From: an uncultured Acidobacteriota bacterium | GTDB lineage: Bacteria; Acidobacteriota; UBA6911 | Assembly (NCBI GenBank): GCA_963827655.1 | Contig: CAWHCF010000017.1 | Span: forward strand, 12,580-76,579 | DNA length: 64,000 bases | Reading direction: 5' to 3' | Notes under the pieces: model-generated | What the model was told of the DNA's origin: nothing | Seen by the model: the letters and a program-made list of their open reading frames with translations, nothing else | Databases searched by the model: none | Shown here: positions 1-10,345 of the stretch, piece after piece | How the letters are laid out: every line of letters starts with the position of its first letter | Numbering within the stretch: position 1 is the stretch's first letter | Made by a program: the position numbers and the translations under genes

Positions 1-2783
1 TCTCGTTGAGAGGATCGCCGAACGTCACATCTCCGATGACGCCCGGACCGTCGGCCGTGACCACGAGAGACCCCTCGGTCAAAACCGTAGCCAGCGACGC
101 ATCGGCGAGACTGAAGATCGATTCTCCCCGGGCTCGGATCTGGGCCCCGGGAGCAAGTTGCCGTGATACGACCGGCGTGACCGGTGTGCCGTTGTTGCCG
201 ATGAGCTGGAGCTGAATCGTTCTCGGCTGAGCGCTGGTGTTGATGAAGTTGAGGTCGGTGAAAAATCGGATATCCCCGGTTCCACCCGAGGCAAACTGGG
301 CGGAATAGAGCTTTGTGGCAACAGAAGGAGGTTGGGCCGGCAGGGCGAAGACCGTAACGCCGCCATCGATAGACTGGTAGCCGATGACTCCGACGTTGCT
401 TGTGAGTTTGACGTATCCGGTCAAGCGCGGCTGCGCGATGCCGGGAAAGAGAGTGCTAAGGTCCTCCGCTATTCGACCGCGAGGAGCGAGAGTACGCGCC
501 ACCATGGCCTGCACGGCTCCGTTACTGTCCGTGAGCCTGAATTCCAAGGTAGCGCTGGTCGCATTGGGATTGACGACGTCGATGAGATTCTTGTAGGTAT
601 TGCCCAGAAAAATCCCACTACCCAGCTGGGCGCGCGTGAAATAAAGTTCCGTGTAGGTCTGGTTCCCGGCAACCGCGCCATCCAGCAAGTTCTGATCCGA
701 ATCGCCGTCCAGGAAGAACCCGGTTACCTGACTGCTGGTGGACTGCGCTTGAATCCAGCCGTTTCGCGGATCACTGAATGAGAGTCCGAGAACCTGCTCG
801 GCCAGCATGGCGACCTGTTTGCCGGGGCCGATCGTCACCATTCTGGGGTTAATGATGCTTCCGGGTGTTGTCGTCTGATTCCCGCCGTTGTCGAAGGCGG
901 TGAATAAGACATCCGCCGGCGTCGAGCCCCAGTTTGCCAGCGCAAGTCCCGTGAAGCGCTTGGCGTCACCCTGGAAATAAGGGAGGTTTATGCTGGCGGG
1001 CGTGGTGCCCGGACCTCTCTGAAGATCGGTCACAATCCAGCCCCGCTCTCCGCTCTGCTCGTTGAAGAACTTTACCCAGGCATTTCGGATGTTCTGAACT
1101 TTGGCAATCTGGTCCGGAGCCGGCTGCTGGCCCCGCTTGGTGAGAAGAATAAAGGCCTGGCGAAATACTTTGGGAGACTGCAGCACTGAAGGCTCGCGCG
1201 CGCCGTTTGCGGCGATGATGCTGTCGATGGTGACCTCTTTCCGGGTGCCGCCAAACGTCACGCCGATCTGCGGCGCGGAACCGGGCTGACGCGTGGTGCC
1301 GATCACGTTTTCGACCACGAACATGTTGGGAACATCTTCCTTTCCCACCAGCCCTATCGCATATTGGTCCAGACGGCTCAAGGTATCGGTCCCTCGGACT
1401 GTGACAAAACGCGTGTTGCCCGACTCGGCCCCGCGATCCTGGATATCATTTCCTTCCATGACGGAACCATCCGAGTCGAAGAAGAAACTCCAATGAGCCG
1501 CGTCCCGGCCCAGAATGGTTCTGGAATTGATCTCGCCATCGCGGAAGCGAGTGAAGGCCAACCACCGATGACCCGATTCCTGGCCCAGAATGCCCAGCGT
1601 GCTGTTGGTTCCGAGGTAGACTTGATTCGGGTCGCTCGGATAACGTTGCGGGCCCGTCAGGCTTCCCATCATTACGAAACTCCGCAACCGCCCGCCGCTT
1701 CCGAAGAAAGAAGTGTTATCACCTCGCCCGAGACCGATCCCTGAGACTTCGTTCTTGATATTGAGCTCGTAAGCGTAGGCGTCGCCCAGATTGAAATCAA
1801 AGTCGAGGAAGATGATCAGATGGTCGAAGTCATCCGGGTGGCTCTGGTAGAACTTCTTGGCCACAAGCGTCTCGGAAATAATCGACTCACTCGAGAAGAC
1901 CTCGACAATGGCGCCGCTCAGCGCGCCGGTGGGGAGATCGGAAGAAAAATTCACCGGAGCAATCCCGGTCTGGTTTGAACCCGGAGTGATGCCTGTGATG
2001 GCCTCTATGCCATCCACCCTCGGCCCGTAAACGAATTCGATAATTCCATTCGTGAACAATTTGATACTGAAGCTGTTGGCATTGGTGGTGTCGAATTGCG
2101 GGACGTTTTCCCATATGAACACGATGCCGTCGGAATCACGACGGAAGCTGATTGATCCGGTCGAGGGATCGAGGTCATTGAAAAAAGCACCGATCCGCGG
2201 AGGTCCGTAAGCAAAGCGGGCTAAATCTCGGTCGGTGCTTTCGGGGTCGGGCGTATTGAACGTCAGGTTCCCGTCAGAGTTCACGTTCACCGATGTGTAA
2301 CTTGCGCCGTAGAAGGTGAACGAGAATTCGAGGGAGATGGGACGCGAGTCATCATCGCTCAGGGGGATCCGGGTTCCTCCCGAAGCGTTGAAACCCGTGC
2401 TGGTGCTTGAAACACGATAACTGTTTGCGCCGGCCGGTTCGAAGCGTGAAAGACTTTCCATCAAGATCGAACGGGTTCGTGTCGGTTATGAGCGTGCCGT
2501 CATCTTCAATGACAGCGACGTCACCAATATCCGCCTGGATCCTGGATTCGCCCGCTGCCGCCAGCAGGCGGTCACGGCCCGGCCTTTTGAAGTTCAGTTG
2601 TTCGTAGTAGAGCCCTCGCGCCAACGCATTGAGCTCTCGCTGGGGACTTGTTCCGCAAACAAAGCGATGTTCCGAAACAGCCTGGGTTTTGATCGCCAGG
2701 TTGTTCTTGGAAATCCCAAGAGCCGGGATGACGGTGAAGGTCAGGATGCAAGCTATGCGTAGTCGTACTTTTGAAAGACTCAT
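1..2783 (-). pseudogene. Large secreted protein, disrupted as sequenced. The signal-peptide N-terminus (ATG 2783) is in one frame and the ~820-codon body (2461 to beyond position 1) is in the +1 frame. The C-terminus lies outside the window.
   Basis: My translation of the minus strand from 2461 down to 1 has no stop (...SRFEPAGANSYRV...LGQESGHRWLAF...AAHWSFFFDSDGSVMEGNDI...). It is absent from the ORF track because it has no stop in the window. ORF 2352..2957 supplies MSLSKVRLRIACILTFTVIPALG from ATG 2783, then turns into low-complexity junk after ...NPFDLDGKS. No family recognised. Confidence 0.6.
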
Positions 2784-3060
2784 GTCGTTAAGACTTGGAA
2801 AGCTCCTTTTGATTAGTTGGCTGTACTTCGCGTTTCTTGGTGTCATCGAGTCTCCGTGGTTAATGGGGCGGAACAAAACCCAAACCTCTAAGACTCGAAG
2901 AAACGCCGAGATACCAAGACGCGCAGAAACTCTATAGAGTACCGGGAACCATTTCAAGGTTCATCAAAGGCGCCGCTTTCGGGCACAAACCCGGTAGCCC
3001 GATTCGAGTAGAGCGCCCGGTGGAGCGTGCTCGACACGCCTCCGAACCTAATGATATATC

Positions 3061-3089
3061 TTGGCTTGTGGTCTTTAGGATGCTATACT
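3061..3089 (+). promoter_or_regulatory. Candidate sigma70-type promoter for the OmpA-family gene
   Basis: TTGGCT (3061-3066), 17-nt spacer, TATACT (3084-3089), about 110 nt upstream of ATG 3202. Sequence match only. Confidence 0.35.
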
Positions 3090-3201
3090 CGCGTCAGTTT
3101 TTTGGGGGTTTCGGTCAGGAACCTCGTTGGTTGAAATCGGTTGGGGTGCCGGAGCATCCATAGCATGTCGCTAGCTGCATTCACGGAGGTTATGGATCAT
3201 T

Positions 3202-5316
3202 ATGGCGCAAGCCGCACGTTCGCTCGCTGTGATCCTTGCTGCTCTCCCGCTCACGATCCCTGGGCTCGCCCAGCAAGATCAGAAAAAGAAATCGACAGCT
3301 CCATCGTTGGACGGCACGTCCGGGCTGTTTCGAACCTGGGACGCGGAGACGCTCCGCGCGGGGGAGTTCAACTTTACTATCGGCTGGAGCCACCTGAACC
3401 GTGATCCGGGCGAACTTATCATCAAAACTCTCCCGGTAGGTGTGGCGTTCGGATTGGCCGACCGCTTCGAGGTCTTCGGGTCGGTCGATGCCACAAAGCG
3501 CATCGAAGGGCGAGGCATTGGAATCTACCGCGTGCTCCCAGGCCAGCTTCCAAGGCCGGCTACCACGCTTCAAGGAGCGACCTACTTCACAAACGAGGCT
3601 CCCTTCATCGATGTTCCGCGCGCGACGGGCCTCGGAGACGCCCGTCTCGGTGCCAAGGTCAACTTTCTCTCGGAACGGAGCGGAGCTCTGTTGTCGATGG
3701 GGTTGGCGGCTTTTGTCAAGCTCCCCACCAACGATGCCATCGGTTATCTCAACCGCGGTCTGGGAACCGGCGAAATGGATGCCGGGTTTCTATATTTGCT
3801 TTCAAAAACCGCCTTCAATGTCGGCCAGTTTCATCTGAATACCGGAGTCAACTTCGTGCGCAACCCCAACCCGAATGGGGGATCGCTGGCTGATCTGCAG
3901 CACGAGTTCCTTTACCGGGGAGGCGCGGCTTTTCCAGCCTACAGCAAGCTCCAGCTCATCGTGGAGGTCGATGGCAAGACATACTTTGGCGCTCGAAGCG
4001 CAGGGCTGAATCCCAGAAGCCCTGTGGACTTGCTCGCGGGCGCAAGGGTGCATCCCGCTGACTGGATTTCATTCGGCGCGGCGTACCGCGCCTCTTTTAA
4101 CCGCATCAGGGAGGATCCTCCGGCCCAGCTCTTCCCCGCCGGAATCAACGGCTTCGTGGCCCAGCTGGCCTTCATGAAACGCAGGAACGATCCGCCCACG
4201 GCCACATGCTCGGTTACCAATGCCACTATCAAGCAGGATGAAACGACGACGGTGCGTGCCGGCGCCGTCGATCCGGATGGCGATACCTTGACCTATACCT
4301 GGACGACGACCGGAGGCAAGGTAACGGGCACCGGCGACACCGTCACCTTCGACGCTACCGGTGTGGCTCCGGGCAAATATACGGTTACGGCGACGGTTTC
4401 TGACGGGAAGCACCAGGTTACCTGCAGTTCCGAAATCACGGTTGTGAAGAAGAATCTCCCGCCCACGGTGGAGTGCTCGCCCGCGAATACCACGATCACG
4501 ATGGGTGAGAGCGCCACCATCACGGCCAAGGCTACCGATCCGAACAACGATTCTTTGACCTACAGGTGGACGGTCAACGGCCAGCCACTGGCGGCGGATA
4601 CGCCTACAGTCACGTTTGGATCGGAAGGACGGCAGCCTGGCACCTATAAAGTGGAATTGACGGTAAGTGATGGCGAACTGACTGCGAACTGTTCGGTCAC
4701 GGTCACGGTTCGGGAGCGGCCTAACCGCCCGCCGACAATCGAGTGCCTGACCACGAGCCTCGACATCGCCGCCGGCAGGACTGCCGACCTTAGAGTGCGA
4801 ATGTCGGATCCCGACAATGACAAGACCACCGTGACCTGGTCGGCCACCGGAGGCACCGTCAGTGGAGCCGGCGAGACAGCGACCTTCAACTCGACCGGGC
4901 TGAGGGCCGGAACCTACACGGTAACGGCAACGGTCGACGATGGCCGCGGCGGACGCGCTTCGTGCAACATGACCGTCAATGTCAGCGAGCGCATGACGCT
5001 GCCAGGCAGCTTCCGTCCCGGCAGCGCGCGTCTGGATAACGTGGCCAAGGCTGCTCTGGACGACATCGCCGTGCGCATGCAGAACAATACCCGGATGCGG
5101 GCTAACATCATCGGGTACACGGATGACAGCCGGCAGGATAAGGGCCTGGGAATCAAGCGCGCTCAGGCGGCGGCCGATTACCTCCGCAAGAAGGGAATCG
5201 ACGCCTCGCGGCTGACCACGACGGATGGCAGCACATCCAATCCTGTTGCCGACAATAAGACGGTGGCAGGACGCAGATCCAATCGCCGTATCGAAATAGA
5301 ATTCACAGTCAAATGA
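3202..5316 (+). CDS. Outer-membrane protein with an N-terminal barrel-like region, three tandem ~89-aa PKD/Ig-like repeats and a C-terminal OmpA-type peptidoglycan-binding domain
   Basis: 704-aa ORF with signal peptide MAQAARSLAVILAALPLTIPGLAQQ. Three repeats (nt ~4192-4992) each carry DP(D/N)xD..T(Y/V)xW...PG.Y.V...V.DG. The C-terminus NIIGYTDD...GLGIKRAQAAADYL...RRSNRRIEIEF is OmpA_C-like. Confidence 0.85.
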   Translation: MAQAARSLAVILAALPLTIPGLAQQDQKKKSTAPSLDGTSGLFRTWDAETLRAGEFNFTIGWSHLNRDPGELIIKTLPVGVAFGLADRFEVFGSVDATKRIEGRGIGIYRVLPGQLPRPATTLQGATYFTNEAPFIDVPRATGLGDARLGAKVNFLSERSGALLSMGLAAFVKLPTNDAIGYLNRGLGTGEMDAGFLYLLSKTAFNVGQFHLNTGVNFVRNPNPNGGSLADLQHEFLYRGGAAFPAYSKLQLIVEVDGKTYFGARSAGLNPRSPVDLLAGARVHPADWISFGAAYRASFNRIREDPPAQLFPAGINGFVAQLAFMKRRNDPPTATCSVTNATIKQDETTTVRAGAVDPDGDTLTYTWTTTGGKVTGTGDTVTFDATGVAPGKYTVTATVSDGKHQVTCSSEITVVKKNLPPTVECSPANTTITMGESATITAKATDPNNDSLTYRWTVNGQPLAADTPTVTFGSEGRQPGTYKVELTVSDGELTANCSVTVTVRERPNRPPTIECLTTSLDIAAGRTADLRVRMSDPDNDKTTVTWSATGGTVSGAGETATFNSTGLRAGTYTVTATVDDGRGGRASCNMTVNVSERMTLPGSFRPGSARLDNVAKAALDDIAVRMQNNTRMRANIIGYTDDSRQDKGLGIKRAQAAADYLRKKGIDASRLTTTDGSTSNPVADNKTVAGRRSNRRIEIEFTVK

Positions 5317-5338
5317 TTCTGACGTCTTCGCGTCCTGG

Positions 5339-7366
5339 TTGTGTGTTCGAATTCGCGCCGGGACGCGAGGATGCAAAGAAAAGAGGTTTAGCATCCCGCG
5401 CCCCTTGAAACACACTTCCTTTGCACTTGTCTTGCTGCTTCACGCTTTCAGCTTCCGACTGGGGATGCCCGGCCAGTTGAGCGGCGCTACTGCTGTGGCT
5501 CAATTCGAGCGGCTGGGTCCCTTTGGAGGCGATGTCCGTTCACTCCTGATTAACCCTCATAATCCGGCCATGGTTTATTTGGGAACGAGCGACGGCCAGA
5601 TCTACAAATCAGCGGACGGCGGCGCTTCGTGGAATCTCCTGGTTCCCGGAATCGGCCAGCGCAAGTTCGTGATAGACACGCTGGTCCAGCATCCGGTCGA
5701 GCCCGACGTTCTGTATGCGGGCGCCTGGGACCTGCGCTCGAATGGCGGCGGGCTATTTGAATCGCGCGACGCAGGGTTGACCTGGACCAGATTAGCCCTG
5801 CCCCAGCAGTCGTCTTCCGTGCGCGATCTTGCCATCTGCCGGAACAAGCCGTCGTACATGGTCGTGGGAACACTCGACGGCGTCTACGTGAGCGATGATG
5901 CCGGAAAGAAGTGGCGGCGCGTCGGAAGGGATGTTCCGGGACTCCGGAATGTGAAGTCGATTGCGATTCATCCACGTGACCCCAGACTCCTGTTCGGTGG
6001 AACATTCCGCTTGCCTTATAGATCCACCGACTTCGGCAAGACCTGGACACGCATTGAGCAGGGCATGTACTTCGATTCGGATGTCTTCTCGATCACCGTG
6101 GATGTTCAGAATCCCGAGGTTTTGTTTGCCGGCGCTTGCAGCGGGATCTATCGCTCGGTTAACCGCGGAGAATCGTGGACGAGGTTAAGGGTGGTTCCCA
6201 AGCGTTTCACGGTCCGAACCCACGTGGTTTACATCGATCCGTTCAATTCTCATTGGGTTTATGCCGGGACGACCGAAGGACTGTTCTTGACCCGCGACCG
6301 CGGCAAGACCTGGAAGCGTCTTACGTCGCAGGCACTCACGGTCAACGCCATACAGGTGGATCCCAAGAACAATCGAAAAATTACGATTGCCACCGACGAC
6401 CAGGGAGTCTTGAGAAGCGACGATGGCGGCGAAACATGGAAAGAGTCTAACCTGGGTTTTGTCCATCGCCAGATATCGCGCATTATGCCCGACCCGGAAA
6501 CATCAGGGCAATTCCTGACCGGGGTCGTGTCGGATGGGAGCAAGGGTGGATTCTTTGCTCTCAACAAGCATGGTCAATGGTTGCCGCTAACCTCGCAGAT
6601 CGCGACCGGTGGACTGGAGATACTGTCGTTCCTTTCACTTCCCGGAGAGCGCGGCAGACTCGCGGGCACTGCCCGGGGTCTTCACTGGGAGAAACCCGGG
6701 TCAAAGCTCTGGGCCAAAATTCCAGGGGATATCGCGAGAGCCGTGGTCAATGACCTCGTCCTCGATCCCAACAACGAGTGGATTTATGCTGGAACCAACG
6801 AAGGCGTGTTTCGAGCTGATATCGAAACCGTGGAATTTCAGAGACCGCCTGCATTGCGTTTTAAACCAAACGTATTGACGCTGGCGGTCGTTCCAGGGAC
6901 GCCCCCATGGATTTACGCCGGGACAAGCTTCGGCGTGATGCGTTCGTCGGATCAGGGGATCAAATGGGAAATTGTGTCCAACGGTCTCCCCTACCGGAGT
7001 GGCGTCGAGTGCCTGGCGGTCTCTCCGGCTAACCGTCAGCATATTTTTGCGGGCACCGTGGCGGGACTCTTTGAAACTCTCGACGAGGGAGTCTCATGGC
7101 GCAAGGTCCGCGACGGCCGCCTGGGGGTCGAAGTGACGTCGGTAATCTTTCTCGACAACGCGGGCAAGCGGATTATGGCCGCAGACAGGACTTTCGGCGG
7201 AGTGTTCCTGTCTGAAGATGGCGGCGCGCGCTGGGAAAAGGTTGCTGCCGCGGAATTCGCGTCCCCTGTCCGCTCCCTCGCTCGCGACCCGGCGCGCCCG
7301 CAGGATTTCTATCTCGGTACTCAGTCTGAAGGTGTTTACCGCCTGAGACTCCAGAGCTCCCCATAA
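5339..7366 (+). CDS. Secreted BNR/Asp-box repeat protein (sialidase-fold / Ycf48-like beta-propeller)
   Basis: 675-aa ORF with at least 10 Asp-box motifs (SADGGASW, SRDAGLTW, SDDAGKKW, STDFGKTW, SVNRGESW, TRDRGKTW, SDDGGETW, SSDQGIKW, TLDEGVSW, SEDGGARW). The true start is probably downstream of the TTG at 5339, for example TTG 5405 before the hydrophobic KHTSFALVLLLHAFSF. Confidence 0.8.
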   Translation: MCVRIRAGTRGCKEKRFSIPRPLKHTSFALVLLLHAFSFRLGMPGQLSGATAVAQFERLGPFGGDVRSLLINPHNPAMVYLGTSDGQIYKSADGGASWNLLVPGIGQRKFVIDTLVQHPVEPDVLYAGAWDLRSNGGGLFESRDAGLTWTRLALPQQSSSVRDLAICRNKPSYMVVGTLDGVYVSDDAGKKWRRVGRDVPGLRNVKSIAIHPRDPRLLFGGTFRLPYRSTDFGKTWTRIEQGMYFDSDVFSITVDVQNPEVLFAGACSGIYRSVNRGESWTRLRVVPKRFTVRTHVVYIDPFNSHWVYAGTTEGLFLTRDRGKTWKRLTSQALTVNAIQVDPKNNRKITIATDDQGVLRSDDGGETWKESNLGFVHRQISRIMPDPETSGQFLTGVVSDGSKGGFFALNKHGQWLPLTSQIATGGLEILSFLSLPGERGRLAGTARGLHWEKPGSKLWAKIPGDIARAVVNDLVLDPNNEWIYAGTNEGVFRADIETVEFQRPPALRFKPNVLTLAVVPGTPPWIYAGTSFGVMRSSDQGIKWEIVSNGLPYRSGVECLAVSPANRQHIFAGTVAGLFETLDEGVSWRKVRDGRLGVEVTSVIFLDNAGKRIMAADRTFGGVFLSEDGGARWEKVAAAEFASPVRSLARDPARPQDFYLGTQSEGVYRLRLQSSP

Positions 7367-7460
7367 CCTCGAGACCGGTCCCGCCCTTTTAATTTCCCGG
7401 CGCCTTTTTGTCTTCACCACAACGACGCGAAGTCGCGAGGATCAGGGTATAATCTCCGAC

Positions 7461-10265
7461 ATGTCTTACGGACGCTGGATCTTGATCGGCTCGCTTGCGG
7501 TCGTGGTGTCTTCGCTTTCCTTTGCTCAGACGCGGAGGCCGAGTACCCAGCGCCCCAGGCCCGAGACGACTCGTCCCGGTCACGTCTACATGCAATACAT
7601 GAAGGATTTCGAGGAAAGAGAGGACGTCACCAGAGCCGTCCTGAAGAACGGACTGACAGTTCTGGTCAACGAGTCCCGTACTGCGCCCCTGGCGGCAATC
7701 TCGATTTACGTAAAAGCCGGTTTCCTTCAGGAGCCGGATGAAGTCGCGGGTGTTTCGCGCGTGATCGAGCGCATGCTGTTTAAAGCCACCTCTACGCGCG
7801 GTGCCGGCGTGATCGACAAGGAAATACGGGCGATGGGCGGCGTCCTGCGCACTTCGAGTAACTACGATCATTCCGCATTCCTCATGGTGGTGCCGTCGAG
7901 TCAATGGAAAAAGGCTTTGGAAATACAGGCTGACGGGTTGCTGAACCCCTTGTTCCAGCCGGAGGCCCTGAAGAGAGAAGTCGAAGCCATCCTTGACGAG
8001 GCCAGGGAGAAGCGCGACCACCCTCAGGGCTCCTTGTCCGAGAAGCTCCTGGCTCTTGGATTCACTCAGCATCGTCTCCGGCGGCCGACCATGGGGAGAG
8101 AGGACGCCCTTCAGCGTCTCGGCCCGGAGAAACTTCTGGATTTTCACAGAAACATTTACCTGCCTGGCCGCATGGTGCTCGTCGTCTCGGGAGACGTTAA
8201 CACGTCGGAGATTCTGAACGAGACCGTGCGACTGTATGGAAAGAGCCGGAGTGCTGGTGAGAAGCTCTCCATCTCTGCCACAGAACCGGAACAGGGCAAC
8301 TTTCGCTACCAGGAGGTCCGGGGGCCGGTCCAGCTTCCGCAACTGCTTTTCGGCTTTCACGCCCCTCGGCCAAGCTCTGAGGACTACCCGGCCTTCGAAG
8401 TTTTGAGGGCACTCATCGGCATGGGCGAAGGCTCCATCCTGGCGCGCAGGCTCAAGGCGGAAAAAAAGATGATCCTGCGCGGATCGGCGAACCTCCTGGC
8501 AATTCCGGAGTTAAGTTACCTCATTCTTGAGATGGAGGTCGAACCCGGGAACATAGATCAAAGCGAGCTGTCAGTTTTAACGGAATTGGAGGTGCTCAGA
8601 CGCGAAGAACCGGACGCGGCGGATCTGGAGCGGGCGCAGGCCTTGCTGGAACGGAAGCGCTGGGGCGACATGCAAACCCTCGAGTCGCGGGCGGAGACGT
8701 TTGCGCGGATCGAGGCCCTGCGAGGCTGGCGAGGGATGAATGACTATGTCGGCGCGTTTCGTAAAGTGAAACCTGCCGACGTAACTCGGGTGGCAAAAAA
8801 ATACCTGAGCCTGGAGAGTTGTTCTGTGCTCGAGTACCTGCCGGAAGGAGGAGAGCCGCGAAATCTATCCACGGAGGTCATTCAGAAAACGCTGCGCGGA
8901 CTGCTCGAACCTTCCACCCAGGAAGTGCTCGCGGCCCGGGAGAAGGCTACCAGGCTGGCGTTCCAGGCCGGGGAGCGTGCGGGCGACTTCAAGTACAGTG
9001 AAGTTCGTTACCCGATGCAAAAGGCCTCGGTTCTCCGAGGGCCCGAGCTCTTCATCCGGGAGGATCATACTGCGCCCGTCATAGATCTCGGTATTTTCCT
9101 GCCGGGAGGGAAGCTGTCCGAGAACAAGGAAAACGCCGGCATCACCTCGCTGATGCTGGCTACCATGCTCGCCGGAGGGACCAAGGAGATGGTTCCGGAG
9201 CGGTTCTTTCAGCAGCTGGAGATTTTCGGAGCCGAAATCGTTCCGGTAGTCGGCGACGACTACTTTGGTTTTTACTCTTCGGTCCTGTCGCGGAACATCG
9301 AGCGGACCATGGATCTACTGCTCGAGTTGATCCGGAGGCCGCAATTCGATCCGGAGCAGGTTGCGCGTCAGAAAGAATTACAGCTGGCCGGAATCCGGCG
9401 TGATTCGGATTCAAGTTTCGCATGTGCTTACCGCCTGTTGGAGCAAGGCCTCTTCGGGGACTTTCCTTATGCCTTGAGGGCGGCCGGAAATGAGAGCAGT
9501 GTTTCGTCGCTGACGGTCGACGCACTTCAAGCCTGGTACAAGTCTCAGGTGCAGGAGCGCAAGCCACTGGTTGTAATCATAGGCGATACTCATGGGACCA
9601 ATCTCGCCCGCTATTTCGTGCGCAATTTCAGCGGGTCCCGGTATCAGGATGTCAAGCTGGCTGAAACTTTCCCGAAACCGATCGAGAAGAGACGACGTCA
9701 GACAGGCGAGTGCGGCAGCAACCAGGGTATTGCGATGATTGGTTTCCCCGCGCCGCCCGATGGCGACGAAGACGCTTTCGCGCTCGAGGTGCTTCAGAGT
9801 TATGCTTCCGGACCCGGGGGCCGTCTGGCGGAACAACTGAAAGAGCGGCACGCCCTTATGCGCAATGTTTCGATGAACTATACTCCGCGCCTTCGAGGCG
9901 GCCTGATAGCAATATATACGCTCAACAGCACGGAAGACGCGGAGAAATCTCTCAAGGGCCTCGAAGAGGAAATCTTGAGACTTTCCGACACGCCTGTCTC
10001 GTTCAAGGAGTATCGCTCTGCCGTTAATTCCGCCGTCGGCGGCTACTTGGTCAATCACCAGCGACGTCCGATTCAAATCTCAACCTTGGTCCGTCACATC
10101 CTGAACGGCACAGAAATCGAGGGAATGAATCAGCACGTGTCGCAGCTGCAGGCCGTCAACCAGGAAGACCTGCAGGAGGTCGCGCGCCGCTTTCTCAAGA
10201 TGGACAGGTCGGTGACTGTGGAGCTACACGGCAAATCCAATAAGCCTGCCGGAACTCAACCCTAG
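7461..10265 (+). CDS. Two-module M16 (pitrilysin/insulinase) family protein, predicted non-catalytic
   Basis: 934-aa ORF with signal peptide MSYGRWILIGSLAVVVSSLSFAQ. Two M16-like halves are present. The position of the HxxEH zinc motif reads GVSRVIERMLFKAT (RxxER). Confidence 0.8.
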   Translation: MSYGRWILIGSLAVVVSSLSFAQTRRPSTQRPRPETTRPGHVYMQYMKDFEEREDVTRAVLKNGLTVLVNESRTAPLAAISIYVKAGFLQEPDEVAGVSRVIERMLFKATSTRGAGVIDKEIRAMGGVLRTSSNYDHSAFLMVVPSSQWKKALEIQADGLLNPLFQPEALKREVEAILDEAREKRDHPQGSLSEKLLALGFTQHRLRRPTMGREDALQRLGPEKLLDFHRNIYLPGRMVLVVSGDVNTSEILNETVRLYGKSRSAGEKLSISATEPEQGNFRYQEVRGPVQLPQLLFGFHAPRPSSEDYPAFEVLRALIGMGEGSILARRLKAEKKMILRGSANLLAIPELSYLILEMEVEPGNIDQSELSVLTELEVLRREEPDAADLERAQALLERKRWGDMQTLESRAETFARIEALRGWRGMNDYVGAFRKVKPADVTRVAKKYLSLESCSVLEYLPEGGEPRNLSTEVIQKTLRGLLEPSTQEVLAAREKATRLAFQAGERAGDFKYSEVRYPMQKASVLRGPELFIREDHTAPVIDLGIFLPGGKLSENKENAGITSLMLATMLAGGTKEMVPERFFQQLEIFGAEIVPVVGDDYFGFYSSVLSRNIERTMDLLLELIRRPQFDPEQVARQKELQLAGIRRDSDSSFACAYRLLEQGLFGDFPYALRAAGNESSVSSLTVDALQAWYKSQVQERKPLVVIIGDTHGTNLARYFVRNFSGSRYQDVKLAETFPKPIEKRRRQTGECGSNQGIAMIGFPAPPDGDEDAFALEVLQSYASGPGGRLAEQLKERHALMRNVSMNYTPRLRGGLIAIYTLNSTEDAEKSLKGLEEEILRLSDTPVSFKEYRSAVNSAVGGYLVNHQRRPIQISTLVRHILNGTEIEGMNQHVSQLQAVNQEDLQEVARRFLKMDRSVTVELHGKSNKPAGTQP

Positions 10266-10345
10266 CGTCTTCGCGTCTCAGTGGTTCAGCCATCAGCACC
10301 AAACCACCACCAGGACACAAGACATAAAGAAGCGCAAAGATCGCC

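Noticed and set aside
4069-5415. 448-aa minus-strand ORF antisense to the OmpA-family gene. Similar long antisense or off-frame ORFs occur at 11027..12160, 17792..19462, 20808..21542, 31959..32918, 33603..34301, 37220..37924, 47637..48215, 48332..49111, 50126..50722 and 61576..62424.
   Set aside because: Each one lies opposite or out of frame to a gene with clear family motifs. Their translations are Arg/Gly/Pro-rich low-complexity sequence, typical of stop-poor alternative frames in GC-rich DNA. No recognisable motifs.
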